From: an uncultured Poribacteria bacterium
GTDB lineage: Bacteria > Poribacteria > WGA-4E > WGA-3G
Length of the DNA: 64,000 bases
Direction of reading: 5' to 3'
NCBI GenBank assembly: GCA_958296135.2
Contig: CATQHZ020000001.1
Location: 4,000,001-4,064,000 of the forward strand
Below the pieces are notes generated by a model, which saw nothing but the letters and a program-made list of their open reading frames with translations, searched no databases and was not told the origin of the DNA. This document shows, in pieces, positions 18,658-28,511 of the stretch (position 1 is its first letter; each line of letters opens with the position of its first letter). The translations under genes and the position numbers were made by a program.

Positions 18658-21192
18658 ATGAAAACATTAACGCTTTTAACCTTAACCCTGCTATTAACCG
18701 CCACGATGGCACTGACACCCGCCAACGCCCAAGATTACCAGCGGTTGGGCTTACCCGAAGGTGCCACCATGCGCCTCGGCAAAGGCACCATCAACGAGAT
18801 TGCATACTCCTCCGATGGCACCCTGCTAGCGGTTGCGAGTTCCATCGGGATTTGGCTCTACGATACTGCAACTTACCAAGAAGTAGCACTGCTCACCGGG
18901 CATACGGACAGGGTCTATAGCGTTGCGTTCAGCCCAGATGGAAACACGCTCGCCAGTGCGAGTTCGGACGAAACCCTCCGTCTGTGGGATGTCACCACCG
19001 GCGACACACTAAACACCCTCACCGGCCATACCCGCGATGTCTTTAGCGTTGCGTTCAGCCCCGATGGAAACACACTCGCCACTGGCAGTGAGGACAAAAC
19101 CCTCCGCCTATGGGATGTCACCACCGGCGACACACGCCAAACTCTCACCGGACATACCGCCGGTGTCTCTAGCATTGCGTTCAGCCCCGATGGAAACACA
19201 CTCGCCAGTGGCAGTGTTGACACCACCGTCCGGCTGTGGGATGTCACCACCGGCGATACACGCCAAACTCTCACCGGACATACCGCCGGTGTCTCTAGCA
19301 TTGCGTTCAGCCCTGATGGAAACACACTCGCCAGTAGTGGGAGTCGGCGTGACACCACCGTTCGGCTGTGGGATGCTGCCACCGGTGACACACGCCAGAC
19401 ACTCACCGGACATACCAGCAGTGTCTTTAGCGTTGCGTTCAGCCCCGATGGAAACACGCTCGCCAGTGCAAGTGGGAGAGGCACCGTCCGTCTGTGGGAT
19501 GTCACCACCGGCGATACAGTCCAAACCCTCACCGGACATATCGGCTGGATCTCTAGCATTGCGTTCAGCCCAGATGGAGACACACTCGCAAGTGCGAGTG
19601 GGGGTTGGGACGGCACCCTCCGTCTGTGGGATGTCACCACCGGCGATACAGTCCAAACCCTCACCGGACATATCGGCTGGGTCTCTAGCGTTGCGTTCAG
19701 CCCCGATGGAAACACACTCGCCAATGGTGCGGGTTTGGGTAAAGACTCCCTCTGGCTGTGGGATGTTGCCACCGGCGACACACGCCAGACCCTCTCCAGG
19801 CATACCGGTGGTGTCAGGAGCGTTGCGTTCAGCCCAGATGGAAACACACTCGCAAGTGGCAGTCAGGACAAAACCATCCGCCTATGGGATGTCACCACCG
19901 GCCAAACACGCCAAACACTCACCGGACATACCCTCGGTGTCTCTAGCGTTGCGTTCAGCCCGGATGGCCGCACCCTCGCCAGTGGGAGCTGGGACAAAAC
20001 CGTTCGTCTGTGGGATGTCACCACCGGCGACACACTAAACACACTCACCGGACATACCGGCTATGTCTTAAGCGTTGCGTTCAGCCCAGATGGCCGCACC
20101 CTCGCAAGTGGGGGTTATGACAAAACCGTTCGTCTGTGGGATGTCACCACCGGCGACACACTAAACACCCTCACCGGACATACCCAGCGTATCTATAGCG
20201 TTGCGTTCAGCCCTGATGGAAACACACTCGCCACTGGCAGTTGGGACGAAACCATCCGCCTGTGGGATGTCACCACCGGCGACACACGCCAAACACTCAC
20301 CGGACATCCCTGGGGTGTGGAGAGTGTTGCATTCAGCCCAGATGGAAACACACTCGCAAGTGGCAGTTATGACAACACCGTCCTGCTGTGGGATGTCGCT
20401 ACCGGCGACACACGCCAAACACTCACCGGACACACCGGTGCTGTCTATAGCGTTGCGTTCAGCCCCGATGGAAACACACTCGCAAGTGGCAGTGACGATG
20501 CCACCGTGCTCCTCTGGGACATCGCACCGTCTGCACCCACACCGGTGCAAGTCGCTGAAGATATCAACGGCGATGGCGTGGTGGACATTCTGGACTTAAC
20601 GCTTGTCGCCGCGCAGTTCGGACAGACAAGTGAAGACACTCCCGCTGATGTCAACGGTGATGGCGTTGTTAACATTCAGGATCTGGTGTTGGTGGCTGGG
20701 GCCTTTGGGGAGGCAGCTGGCGCGCCGGGGTTCGCGCCGGGGCATATCAGGACCGGGAGCATCGGGACCGGGAGGGCTCTCCTACGGGCGGCGGATGTGC
20801 AACAGTGGCTCGCGCAGGCGCGACGGCTGGACAGCGCAAACCCTGCGTATCAACGCGGCATTGCCGTGCTGCAGCAGCTCCTCGCACGCTTGACCCCGAA
20901 ACAAACCGCGCTGCTTGCCAACTATCCGAATCCGTTTAACCCGGAAACGTGGATACCGTATCAGTTGGCACAGGCCGCAGAGGTCACCGTCAGGATTCAC
21001 GCATCGGATGGGAAACTGGTACGCACCTTGGAGTTGGGCCAAGTTCCGGCGGGCGTATATTCGGGCAAGTCCCGCGCCGCGTATTGGGATGGCCGCAATG
21101 CGCAGGGTGAGCCCGTGGCGAGTGGCGTGTATTTCTACACGCTGCAGGCCGGAGATTTCATCGCAACGAAGAAGATGCTGATTCGGAAGTAG
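18658..21192 (+). CDS. Secreted WD40-repeat protein (14 blades) + dockerin + FlgD/T9SS-like C-terminal domain
   Basis: Signal peptide; 13 GH..SVAFSPDG..WD repeats plus one N-terminal blade; DINGDGVVDILDL and DVNGDG; NYPNPFNPETW...KKMLIRK. Confidence 0.93.
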   Translation: MKTLTLLTLTLLLTATMALTPANAQDYQRLGLPEGATMRLGKGTINEIAYSSDGTLLAVASSIGIWLYDTATYQEVALLTGHTDRVYSVAFSPDGNTLASASSDETLRLWDVTTGDTLNTLTGHTRDVFSVAFSPDGNTLATGSEDKTLRLWDVTTGDTRQTLTGHTAGVSSIAFSPDGNTLASGSVDTTVRLWDVTTGDTRQTLTGHTAGVSSIAFSPDGNTLASSGSRRDTTVRLWDAATGDTRQTLTGHTSSVFSVAFSPDGNTLASASGRGTVRLWDVTTGDTVQTLTGHIGWISSIAFSPDGDTLASASGGWDGTLRLWDVTTGDTVQTLTGHIGWVSSVAFSPDGNTLANGAGLGKDSLWLWDVATGDTRQTLSRHTGGVRSVAFSPDGNTLASGSQDKTIRLWDVTTGQTRQTLTGHTLGVSSVAFSPDGRTLASGSWDKTVRLWDVTTGDTLNTLTGHTGYVLSVAFSPDGRTLASGGYDKTVRLWDVTTGDTLNTLTGHTQRIYSVAFSPDGNTLATGSWDETIRLWDVTTGDTRQTLTGHPWGVESVAFSPDGNTLASGSYDNTVLLWDVATGDTRQTLTGHTGAVYSVAFSPDGNTLASGSDDATVLLWDIAPSAPTPVQVAEDINGDGVVDILDLTLVAAQFGQTSEDTPADVNGDGVVNIQDLVLVAGAFGEAAGAPGFAPGHIRTGSIGTGRALLRAADVQQWLAQARRLDSANPAYQRGIAVLQQLLARLTPKQTALLANYPNPFNPETWIPYQLAQAAEVTVRIHASDGKLVRTLELGQVPAGVYSGKSRAAYWDGRNAQGEPVASGVYFYTLQAGDFIATKKMLIRK

Positions 21193-21740
21193 GAGAGACC
21201 TCGGGTCTCGTCTCCCCGGTAGGAGAGACCTCCCGGTCTCGATGCCTCGCCGTGCAGCGCGCGGCCCCGCAGCCCGTAGGGCGCGGTCCTGTGCCGCGCC
21301 GTGCAGCGATCGCATCAGAAAACAGCCGAAGCCCAGAGGCCCCGGACGGTTCTCTATCGATCGAAGGATCGCGAGGGACAGGCCCTCGCGCTACGGTAAC
21401 GAGAAGCGAATCGGCACCGCATGGCCCGTAGGGCGAGGTCTTGTGCCTCGCCAGGCACCGATCGTATCAGAAAGCCTTCGCGGCCTCGGGGTTGCGGGCG
21501 TTTTCCGGTCAGGTCGGCGGATCGCGAGGGACAGTGGACATCTCTGCAGCGGGACTGCAGAGATGACAACGTTTCGGCGTAACGGCCCTCGCGCTACGGT
21601 AAAAGGGCCGGTTTCCGTGTCGTTGAGAGATCGCGGGGCCTGTTCCCTCGCGCTTCAGTAGGAGGGACATCCTTGTCCCGACATCTTCAGTAGGAGAGAC
21701 CTCTGGTCTCGACAGTAGGAGGGACATCTGGTCCCGATAC
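21189..21740. repeat. REP array, largely a duplicate of 18277-18657
   Basis: 21428-21757 is nearly identical to the leader of the first WD40 gene. Confidence 0.88.
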
Positions 21741-21757
21741 CCAAAAGGAGAAATCCA

Positions 21758-22774
21758 ATGAAAACACTAACGCTTTTAACCTTAACACTGCTATTAACCG
21801 CCACCTTGGCACTCACCACCGCCACCGCCCAAGATTCCCAGCGGTTGTTGGGCTTACCCGAAGGTGCCACCTTACGCCTCGGCAAAGGCTACATCAACGA
21901 GATTGCGTATTCTCCCGATGGCACCTTGCTTGCGGTTGCGGGTTCCAGCGGGATTTGGCTCTACGATACGGCTACCTATCAAGAAGTGGCACTGCTCACC
22001 GGGCATAGCGACAATGTCTGGAGCGTTGCGTTCAGCCCAGATGGAAACACACTCGCCACTGGCAGTGCGGATGACACCGTCCGGCTGTGGGATGGCACCA
22101 CCGGCCAAACACGCCAAACACTCACCGGACATACCGACAGCGTCTGGAGCGTTGCGTTCAGCCCAGATGGAAACACACTCGCCACTGGCAGTGATGACAA
22201 CACCATCCGGCTGTGGGATGGCACCACCGGCGACACACTAAACACCCTCACCGGCCATACCGACGGCATCTCTAGCATTGCGTTCAGCTCCGATGGAAAC
22301 ACACTCGCAAGTGGCAGTGCGGATGACACCATCCGGCTGTGGGATGTCGCCACCGGCAATACACGCCAAACACTCACCGGACATACCGACAATGTCTGGA
22401 GTGTTGCGTTCAGCCCAGATGGAAACACACTCGCCACTGGCAGTGTTGACAAAACCCTCCGGCTGTGGGATATCGCCACCGGCCAAACACGCCAAACACT
22501 CACCGGACATACCCACTGGGTCACTAGCGTTGCGTTCAGCCCCGATGGAAACACGCTCGCCATTAGCAGTCGGGACGAAACCCTCCGTCTGTGGGATGTC
22601 ACCACCGGCCAAACACGCCGAACACTCACCGGACATACCCGTGCTGTCTGGAGCGTTGCGTTCAGCCCGGATGGAAACACACTCGCAAGTGGCAGTTGGG
22701 ACGGCTCCGTCCGGCTGTGGGATATTGCCACCGGCAATACACGCCAAATCCTCTTTGTCTTTAGAGATGAGTGA
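21758..22774 (+). CDS. Secreted WD40-repeat paralog (7 blades), C-terminally truncated
   Basis: Same signal peptide and N-terminal blade as 18658; 6 repeats; dockerin remnant out of frame downstream. Confidence 0.85.
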   Translation: MKTLTLLTLTLLLTATLALTTATAQDSQRLLGLPEGATLRLGKGYINEIAYSPDGTLLAVAGSSGIWLYDTATYQEVALLTGHSDNVWSVAFSPDGNTLATGSADDTVRLWDGTTGQTRQTLTGHTDSVWSVAFSPDGNTLATGSDDNTIRLWDGTTGDTLNTLTGHTDGISSIAFSSDGNTLASGSADDTIRLWDVATGNTRQTLTGHTDNVWSVAFSPDGNTLATGSVDKTLRLWDIATGQTRQTLTGHTHWVTSVAFSPDGNTLAISSRDETLRLWDVTTGQTRRTLTGHTRAVWSVAFSPDGNTLASGSWDGSVRLWDIATGNTRQILFVFRDE

Positions 22775-22900
22775 AGCCAATCCCGCTGATGTTAATGGTG
22801 ATGGCGTTGTCAGCATCCAGGATCTGGTGTTGGTGGCAGCCGGCGCGCCGGGGTTCGCGCCGGGGCATATCGGGACCGGGAGGGGCATCGGGACCGGGAG
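22768..22900 (+). pseudogene. Out-of-frame dockerin/linker remnant of the second WD40 gene
   Basis: SEANPADVNGDGVVSIQDLVLVAAGAPGFAPGHIGTG matches the 18658 gene C-terminal region in another frame, then runs into REPs. Confidence 0.75.
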
Positions 22901-22964
22901 GTCTCGATGCTTTGAAAGGCGCGGTTGCAAACAGCACCTACCGGATGGTTCTCATAGGACTAGG

Positions 22965-23610
22965 GAAACCTGTGCCTCGCCGTGCAGCGCGCGGCCCCGC
23001 AGCCCGTAGGGCGAGGGCCTGTCCCTCGCCAGGCAGCGACCGCATCAGAAAGCCTTCGCGGCCTCGGGGTTGCAGGCGTTTTCCGGTCAGGTCGGTAGAT
23101 CGCGAGGGGAACCCGCGCCGATTCGCGATCGCCGGGCCCTCGCCCTACGGTAGCGAGAAGCAAATCAGCCCCAAACCGTAGGGCGAGGGCCTGTCCCTCG
23201 CCATGCACCGATCGCATCAAAAAACAGCCGAAGCCCAGGGGCCCCGGACGGTTTTCGTGTCGGTCGGGGGATCGCGAGGGACAGGCCCTCGCGCTACGGT
23301 AACAGTGGCGTTTTTCGTGTCAATGAGCGGAAGCAAATCGGCACCGCAGCCCGTAGGGCGAGGTCTTGTGCCTCGCCATGCTCGATCGCATCAGAAAGCG
23401 TCCGCGGGCTCGGGGTTGCAAGTGTTTTCCGGTCAGGTCGGCGGATCGCGAGGGACAGTGGACATCTCTGCAGCGGGACTGCAGAGATGACAACGTTTCG
23501 GCGTAACGGCCCTCGCGCTACGGTAGTGAGAGGTAAATCCGTAGGGCGAGGTCTGGTGCCTCGCCAGGCACCGATCGTATCAGAAAACGTTCGCGGCCTC
23601 GGGGCTGCAA
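22965..23610. repeat. Family-A REP/REPIN array
   Basis: Multiple GTAGGGCGAGG..CCTCGCC and inverted partners with loop insertions. Confidence 0.88.
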
Positions 23611-23635
23611 GCATTTTCCGGACGGAATGGACTAA

Positions 23636-24094
23636 ATGACGCTCTTAAAACCCTTAATACAATGGCTACACGTCGGCTCGGTTGTCCTGATGATAGGCGG
23701 CTTCTTCTTCTTTCGCGTTATCTTAATGCCGCTCGCAAACCGCCTCCCAGATCCGGCGGCATTCATCACATCGGCACTGAGACGCTTCAGCAGCACCGTC
23801 TGGTGCGCGCTGCTAACCATCCTGATTTCGGGGCTCTATAACTTTATCACCTTCTTCAGAACGGCACGCGGTGGTGCAGCCGCGGAAGAGATGTCATATT
23901 TCTCGCTCTACATTCTCGTCGTGGGCATCAAACTCTTCATCGTCTTTCTAATATACACGCTTGCAATTCTCCTGACATTCCCCTATCCCGTGTTTGAGAT
24001 ATTTCAAAAAAAGCCTGCGCCGTGGCTCAACCTCACCGTGATGCTAGGGTTCATTGTTATCTTTCTATCCGCCTTCTTGCGCCGCTTGGCGTAA
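23636..24094 (+). CDS. CopD-like membrane protein
   Basis: QWLHVGSVVLMIGG...ISGLYN; four hydrophobic helices. Confidence 0.6.
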   Translation: MTLLKPLIQWLHVGSVVLMIGGFFFFRVILMPLANRLPDPAAFITSALRRFSSTVWCALLTILISGLYNFITFFRTARGGAAAEEMSYFSLYILVVGIKLFIVFLIYTLAILLTFPYPVFEIFQKKPAPWLNLTVMLGFIVIFLSAFLRRLA

Positions 24095-24330
24095 AAACAC
24101 AGATAGGCGCGGTTTGAAACGGCGCACCCTTCAAAACGTCAAGACAGATTGCTATAACCATGCGTTTCCAGTTAAGCAAGCCTATCGTAACCTGAAAAAC
24201 AGCACACCTCACTGAACTCGGCAAAAAGTTGCTAGGCCTCGAAACGTGGGGATAAGCGAGCCGCCATTCCCGTCCGGTAGGCGCGTTCTCCAACTGCGCC
24301 TACCCGGTTAACTCTACGAAAGGAAACCTC

Positions 24331-27300
24331 ATGAGCCATCAAAACGAAAACGTCATCACCGGTGAACTCGTCCGCATCTTGAGAGGGATGTGCTACAATT
24401 GGAAAATCGAAGCACAACAGCGGCCCTTCCTTGATAGCCAAACCGAACCCGACATCTTCATGACGAAAAAGGGACACGAACCCATCGCCATTGAAGCAAA
24501 ATACGCTTCCGTGCAAGAAAGCATCGTGCGAGAGCAGACCAGGGCACACATCGGCCGCGAATTGGAAGCCGACTACATCGAAACCAAAAAGCATCAGCAC
24601 ACCGTGATGGCCATCCGCTACCCCAACTGGTTCAAGGATGAGGACGGAGCCACTATCGAACGGAAACTCCGCAAAACCGACGAACTCCTCTATCTGCTCA
24701 TCGGCAGGAGCAGCGGCGAACGCTACCAATTCCCAGAGAAGGGATGGGCCACCGGCACCGTCACCGATATCGCCAACGCGCTCCACGTCGGCGCAGTCCC
24801 AAGCGAACGCATTGACGCAGCCGCCAGGGAAATGGAACGCAGCATTAACATGGCCGCACAACTGCTTGACAAGGCGAGTGAAGGAAAACCCGGGATTGCA
24901 AACGCTATTGAGCGCATCCTGCACCAAGAAGCCGGCCAGCAAACCTACCGCATGGCGATGCTCATTATTACCGATGCATGCGTCTTCCAATCTTCACTCG
25001 CCGGCAAACCGGGAATGGAGACTGTCCGCTCGCTGAGCAATCACATCCGAGATATTGACTACGTCGCCGTTGTCAGAGACTGGGAGAAAATTCTGAAGGT
25101 GAACTACCGTCCCATCTTTGAGGATGCGATGCGGCTCGTCGAGGCACTGTCCATAGACGACAGGCTTGTTCACAAGGTTCTCCGAATCCTGTGTGAGGCA
25201 GCGAACGATCTTGTCCAGACCGGACTCGCGCAGATTCATGAACTCGCCGGCACGGTATTCCAAAAACTCATCGTTGACCGGAAATACGTCAAGGCAAACT
25301 ACACGCTCCCGACATCGGCGACGCTCCTCTCCGCGCTTGTGCTACCGACATTGCCTGCCGGCGAACTGCCGAAAGTGGCGGATTTCGCCTGCGGCACCGG
25401 GGCACTGCTCAACGGCGTCTACCAACGCCTGCAGCGGTTATATGAACAGCAAGGGAACAAGAAGAATAGTGCCGATATCCACCGGCAGATGCTGGAAGCG
25501 CACATCGGCGGCAGCGATGTCATGCCGAATGCAACGCACATTACCACCGCTGTCCTCGCTAGCGCGCAACCCGACATCAACATCGGAAGCACCCGCATTG
25601 TCACCGCCGCCTACGGAAAACAGCCGAATGGCAGTTACGCTGTCGGCTCGCTAGAACTGATCGATAACGAACTGCTCCTGCCTACCATGGATAACGAGGC
25701 GGTGCAACTCGGCGGGGAAGAACATACCAACGTCGCGATAAACCGCGTATTCAAGCACGGCGAATTCAACATCGTCATCCAAAATCCGCCGTTTACAAAA
25801 CCGAACGCCGACGGCAACAACGAAGTGCCGAAAGGTGTATTTGAGGGAAGCGACAGACCCGAGGAAGATACGCGGGAAATGCGCAAGGCTCTACGCGAGA
25901 AAAACACGCGCGTCACTCACGGGATGGCGGGGCTCGGCTGCTACTTCGTAGATCTGGCCGATAAAATGTTGGCTGCGGATGGGACACTCGGTTTCATCTT
26001 ACCGGTGACGGTGCTGGCATCGCCGCACTGGCGAAGGGTTCGGGATATGTTCGCCACCGAATACCGTGACGTGATAGTGGTGACTATCGCGCAAGCGAAA
26101 GGCTATAATAGTGCCTTCTCCGCCGATACGAGTCTCGCAGAATGCATGATAGTGGCAACCAAGGGCAGAGGTAAAACGACGGGACGCGGGAAGTTTGTGA
26201 GCCTTAATCACAGACCTAGCAACTCGCTTGAGGCAACAGTTATCGCCGACCACATCACGAGAAATGGAGGCTCGCGTCGTTTGGAAGATTCGCTGAGCGG
26301 CGGCGAGCGCATGAAAATTGGCGAAAGCACCGTAGGGCAGATGCTCAATTGTCCCCTGCCAGAAAAAGCGGAATGGGCGGCATCCCGCGTGAAGGCAATG
26401 GAACTGCTTCAGTGCGGCCGATTACTCGCCGAAGACACACTCTGGCTGCCCACCTGCACATCAGGAAAGCCTATTCCGATGTGCCGTGTTGAGGAAATTG
26501 CAACCCCAGGAATGTCCCACCTCGCGGTTTATGGAGAGGGAGAGCAAGGCGCGTTTGACATGGCGATGGGTTATAGTCAAACAGACACTTATCCTTGTCT
26601 CTGGAAGGTGGACTCGCCAATCCAACGTGCGATGGTTGTGCAGCCAGATTCACACGGAATCCTGCGGCCGAATGCTCATGCCAAGTTGCAACAACTCCTA
26701 GGGCGGAATAGTCGCGCCCATTACAGTTTACTGCTGAGATTTACAGCAAATTCTGTCGCGGCTCCTTTCACAATCAAACCTGCAATAGGTGTGAATACCA
26801 TAACAAACGTGGCTTTTAAAAACCCGCGATACGAAATCCCATGGACACTCTGGTGCAATTCCACGTTGGGCTTGCTCTGCCACTGGTTTCATAGCAGTAA
26901 ACAGCAAGCAGGACGTGGTATCCTATCACTGCATACCTTACGAACACTTCCAACGCTAGATGTCCGCCAGTTAACCGACGTGCAGTTAACGGCGGCGGAA
27001 GCGGTTTTTGAGGCGTTGAAGTTTGAGCGGATGCTCCCGTTCAACGAATGTTGGGATGATCTGGTGCGCAAGCGTCTTGACGAGATGTTGCTGACGAAGG
27101 TGCTAGGCATCACCGATGCGGCTATCCTTGCGGCGATGCAGACGTTGCGTGAGATGCTCAGCGCGGAGCCGAGCATTGACGGCGGGAAGCAGTCGCGGTG
27201 CAATCTTCTGAAGGAATTGAAAGAAGCGTCAGCAAAAGGCATCGTGTTGCCGGGGATGACAGCGGCATCGCAAGCGGCGTTAATTGCTGTGCAAGAGTCA

Positions 27301-27339
27301 ACATCCAACGTTGGAGAGTTTATTCAGGAGCTGTTGTAA
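24331..27339 (+). CDS. Type IIG-like restriction endonuclease/N6-adenine methyltransferase fusion
   Basis: N-terminal PD-x11-EAK nuclease motif; motif I VADFACGTG; motif IV QNPPF; C-terminal TRD-like region. Confidence 0.82.
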   Translation: MSHQNENVITGELVRILRGMCYNWKIEAQQRPFLDSQTEPDIFMTKKGHEPIAIEAKYASVQESIVREQTRAHIGRELEADYIETKKHQHTVMAIRYPNWFKDEDGATIERKLRKTDELLYLLIGRSSGERYQFPEKGWATGTVTDIANALHVGAVPSERIDAAAREMERSINMAAQLLDKASEGKPGIANAIERILHQEAGQQTYRMAMLIITDACVFQSSLAGKPGMETVRSLSNHIRDIDYVAVVRDWEKILKVNYRPIFEDAMRLVEALSIDDRLVHKVLRILCEAANDLVQTGLAQIHELAGTVFQKLIVDRKYVKANYTLPTSATLLSALVLPTLPAGELPKVADFACGTGALLNGVYQRLQRLYEQQGNKKNSADIHRQMLEAHIGGSDVMPNATHITTAVLASAQPDINIGSTRIVTAAYGKQPNGSYAVGSLELIDNELLLPTMDNEAVQLGGEEHTNVAINRVFKHGEFNIVIQNPPFTKPNADGNNEVPKGVFEGSDRPEEDTREMRKALREKNTRVTHGMAGLGCYFVDLADKMLAADGTLGFILPVTVLASPHWRRVRDMFATEYRDVIVVTIAQAKGYNSAFSADTSLAECMIVATKGRGKTTGRGKFVSLNHRPSNSLEATVIADHITRNGGSRRLEDSLSGGERMKIGESTVGQMLNCPLPEKAEWAASRVKAMELLQCGRLLAEDTLWLPTCTSGKPIPMCRVEEIATPGMSHLAVYGEGEQGAFDMAMGYSQTDTYPCLWKVDSPIQRAMVVQPDSHGILRPNAHAKLQQLLGRNSRAHYSLLLRFTANSVAAPFTIKPAIGVNTITNVAFKNPRYEIPWTLWCNSTLGLLCHWFHSSKQQAGRGILSLHTLRTLPTLDVRQLTDVQLTAAEAVFEALKFERMLPFNECWDDLVRKRLDEMLLTKVLGITDAAILAAMQTLREMLSAEPSIDGGKQSRCNLLKELKEASAKGIVLPGMTAASQAALIAVQESTSNVGEFIQELL

Positions 27340-27453
27340 AGGTCGTAACACCGGGGCTAGACCGAATTTCCTCGCATGCATTTATTTTCTCTTGACATTT
27401 GAAATAAAATATGACACTATAAGATATATCAATTCAAAAAGGAGGCCAGCAAT

Positions 27454-27869
27454 ATGCCTGTCGAAATCCCCATTGAAACACGGGAGGAATCGGGACACAC
27501 AAGTTGGCTGAGATATTCGCCGACATGTCAACAAATCTCCAAAACGATTTGGACGATTTATCTTCTCAAACCAGAAGGAGTTTTGGGGACGTAACTCTTG
27601 CCATTATACTCAAAACTTCGCCGGCGCAACCCTCTCTGCCGGAGACGCGCCCGAAGGAAATGCGGAATTTTCAAGATTTCGCAGAATTCCTAGATAACAC
27701 CATCAGACTCCATGACAGTCGTTACAAGTTCGAGACGTACGACAGTCGTGAGTGGAATTGGTATATCAACGACCCTTCTCTTCTTTTTGCGCTGCTGGAG
27801 AATATGACACAGTATGAATCGAACTTGAATGCACGTTTGCAGCTTTGGCGCAAAAGTGAGGAAGACTAA
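27454..27869 (+). pseudogene. Hypothetical protein, probably frameshifted near 27490-27503
   Basis: GGAGG RBS + ATG 27454 gives a 46-aa ORF; an overlapping frame continues for 121 aa from a weak TTG. Confidence 0.4.
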
Positions 27870-27932
27870 GTTTGAGCCGCTTCTTGACATTTAGCGTGAG
27901 ATAGGGCATAATCCTTAAAGGAATCTATTCGT

Positions 27933-28445
27933 TTGAAAGAAGAGCAAGAAAACCAACAAGAAAACGCCGAACAATACGGCAAGTCGTCTTCCAACTTTTT
28001 GGGTGACATCCCGGAAGCGTGGAAACGCCGTGCGAGAGCCGCCTTTGGATACATTTTTTGTGTGACGCTGTTTATCGTTATTCTCTCTGAAACGGCTGCC
28101 GGCATTTTTCCGGCGGTGAAGTGGTTCACCGTTGTTTCGACGGTGCTGCGGCACATTGGGACTCAGCTGTATCACTACAGTCTCGGCTTGGGCACGGCAA
28201 TTATCGCCTACTATTTGGCATGGGAGAACATCATGTATTTACGAGAAAAACGCCGCCGCGAGAAAGCAGAGGCACTCGCCGCCGCGGTCAACGCGGAACT
28301 CCAACGCGCCCGTGAGGAGGCAGAAGCCACCAACGCGCAACTCCAAGAACGGATTAGCGCGTTGGAAACGGAAGTCACCGAGTTGCGTCGCGCGTTAAAC
28401 GGAGCGGCTGCACGTTCGCCATCGTCCAACGATGAAGACAGTTAG
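27933..28445 (+). CDS. Hypothetical membrane protein with C-terminal coiled coil
   Basis: Own promoter TTGACA-17-CATAAT (~27884-27912), AAAGGA RBS, 2 TM helices, heptad-rich tail. Confidence 0.7.
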   Translation: MKEEQENQQENAEQYGKSSSNFLGDIPEAWKRRARAAFGYIFCVTLFIVILSETAAGIFPAVKWFTVVSTVLRHIGTQLYHYSLGLGTAIIAYYLAWENIMYLREKRRREKAEALAAAVNAELQRAREEAEATNAQLQERISALETEVTELRRALNGAAARSPSSNDEDS

Positions 28446-28511
28446 AACAGGCGCAAACCCGAACCCCAGTAGGCGCGGTTGCAAACCGCGCCGCTTCTCA
28501 TGCAAGCCCGC

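Noticed and set aside
17469-18725. ORFs with VGRGLVPRH/GPRATV peptides here and at 21242-21885, 22771-23614 and 35009-36347
   Set aside because: Translations of GC-rich palindromic arrays, open on both strands, without RBS
18915-20599. Long alternative-frame and antisense ORFs over the WD40 repeats
   Set aside because: Shadows of a repetitive coding sequence
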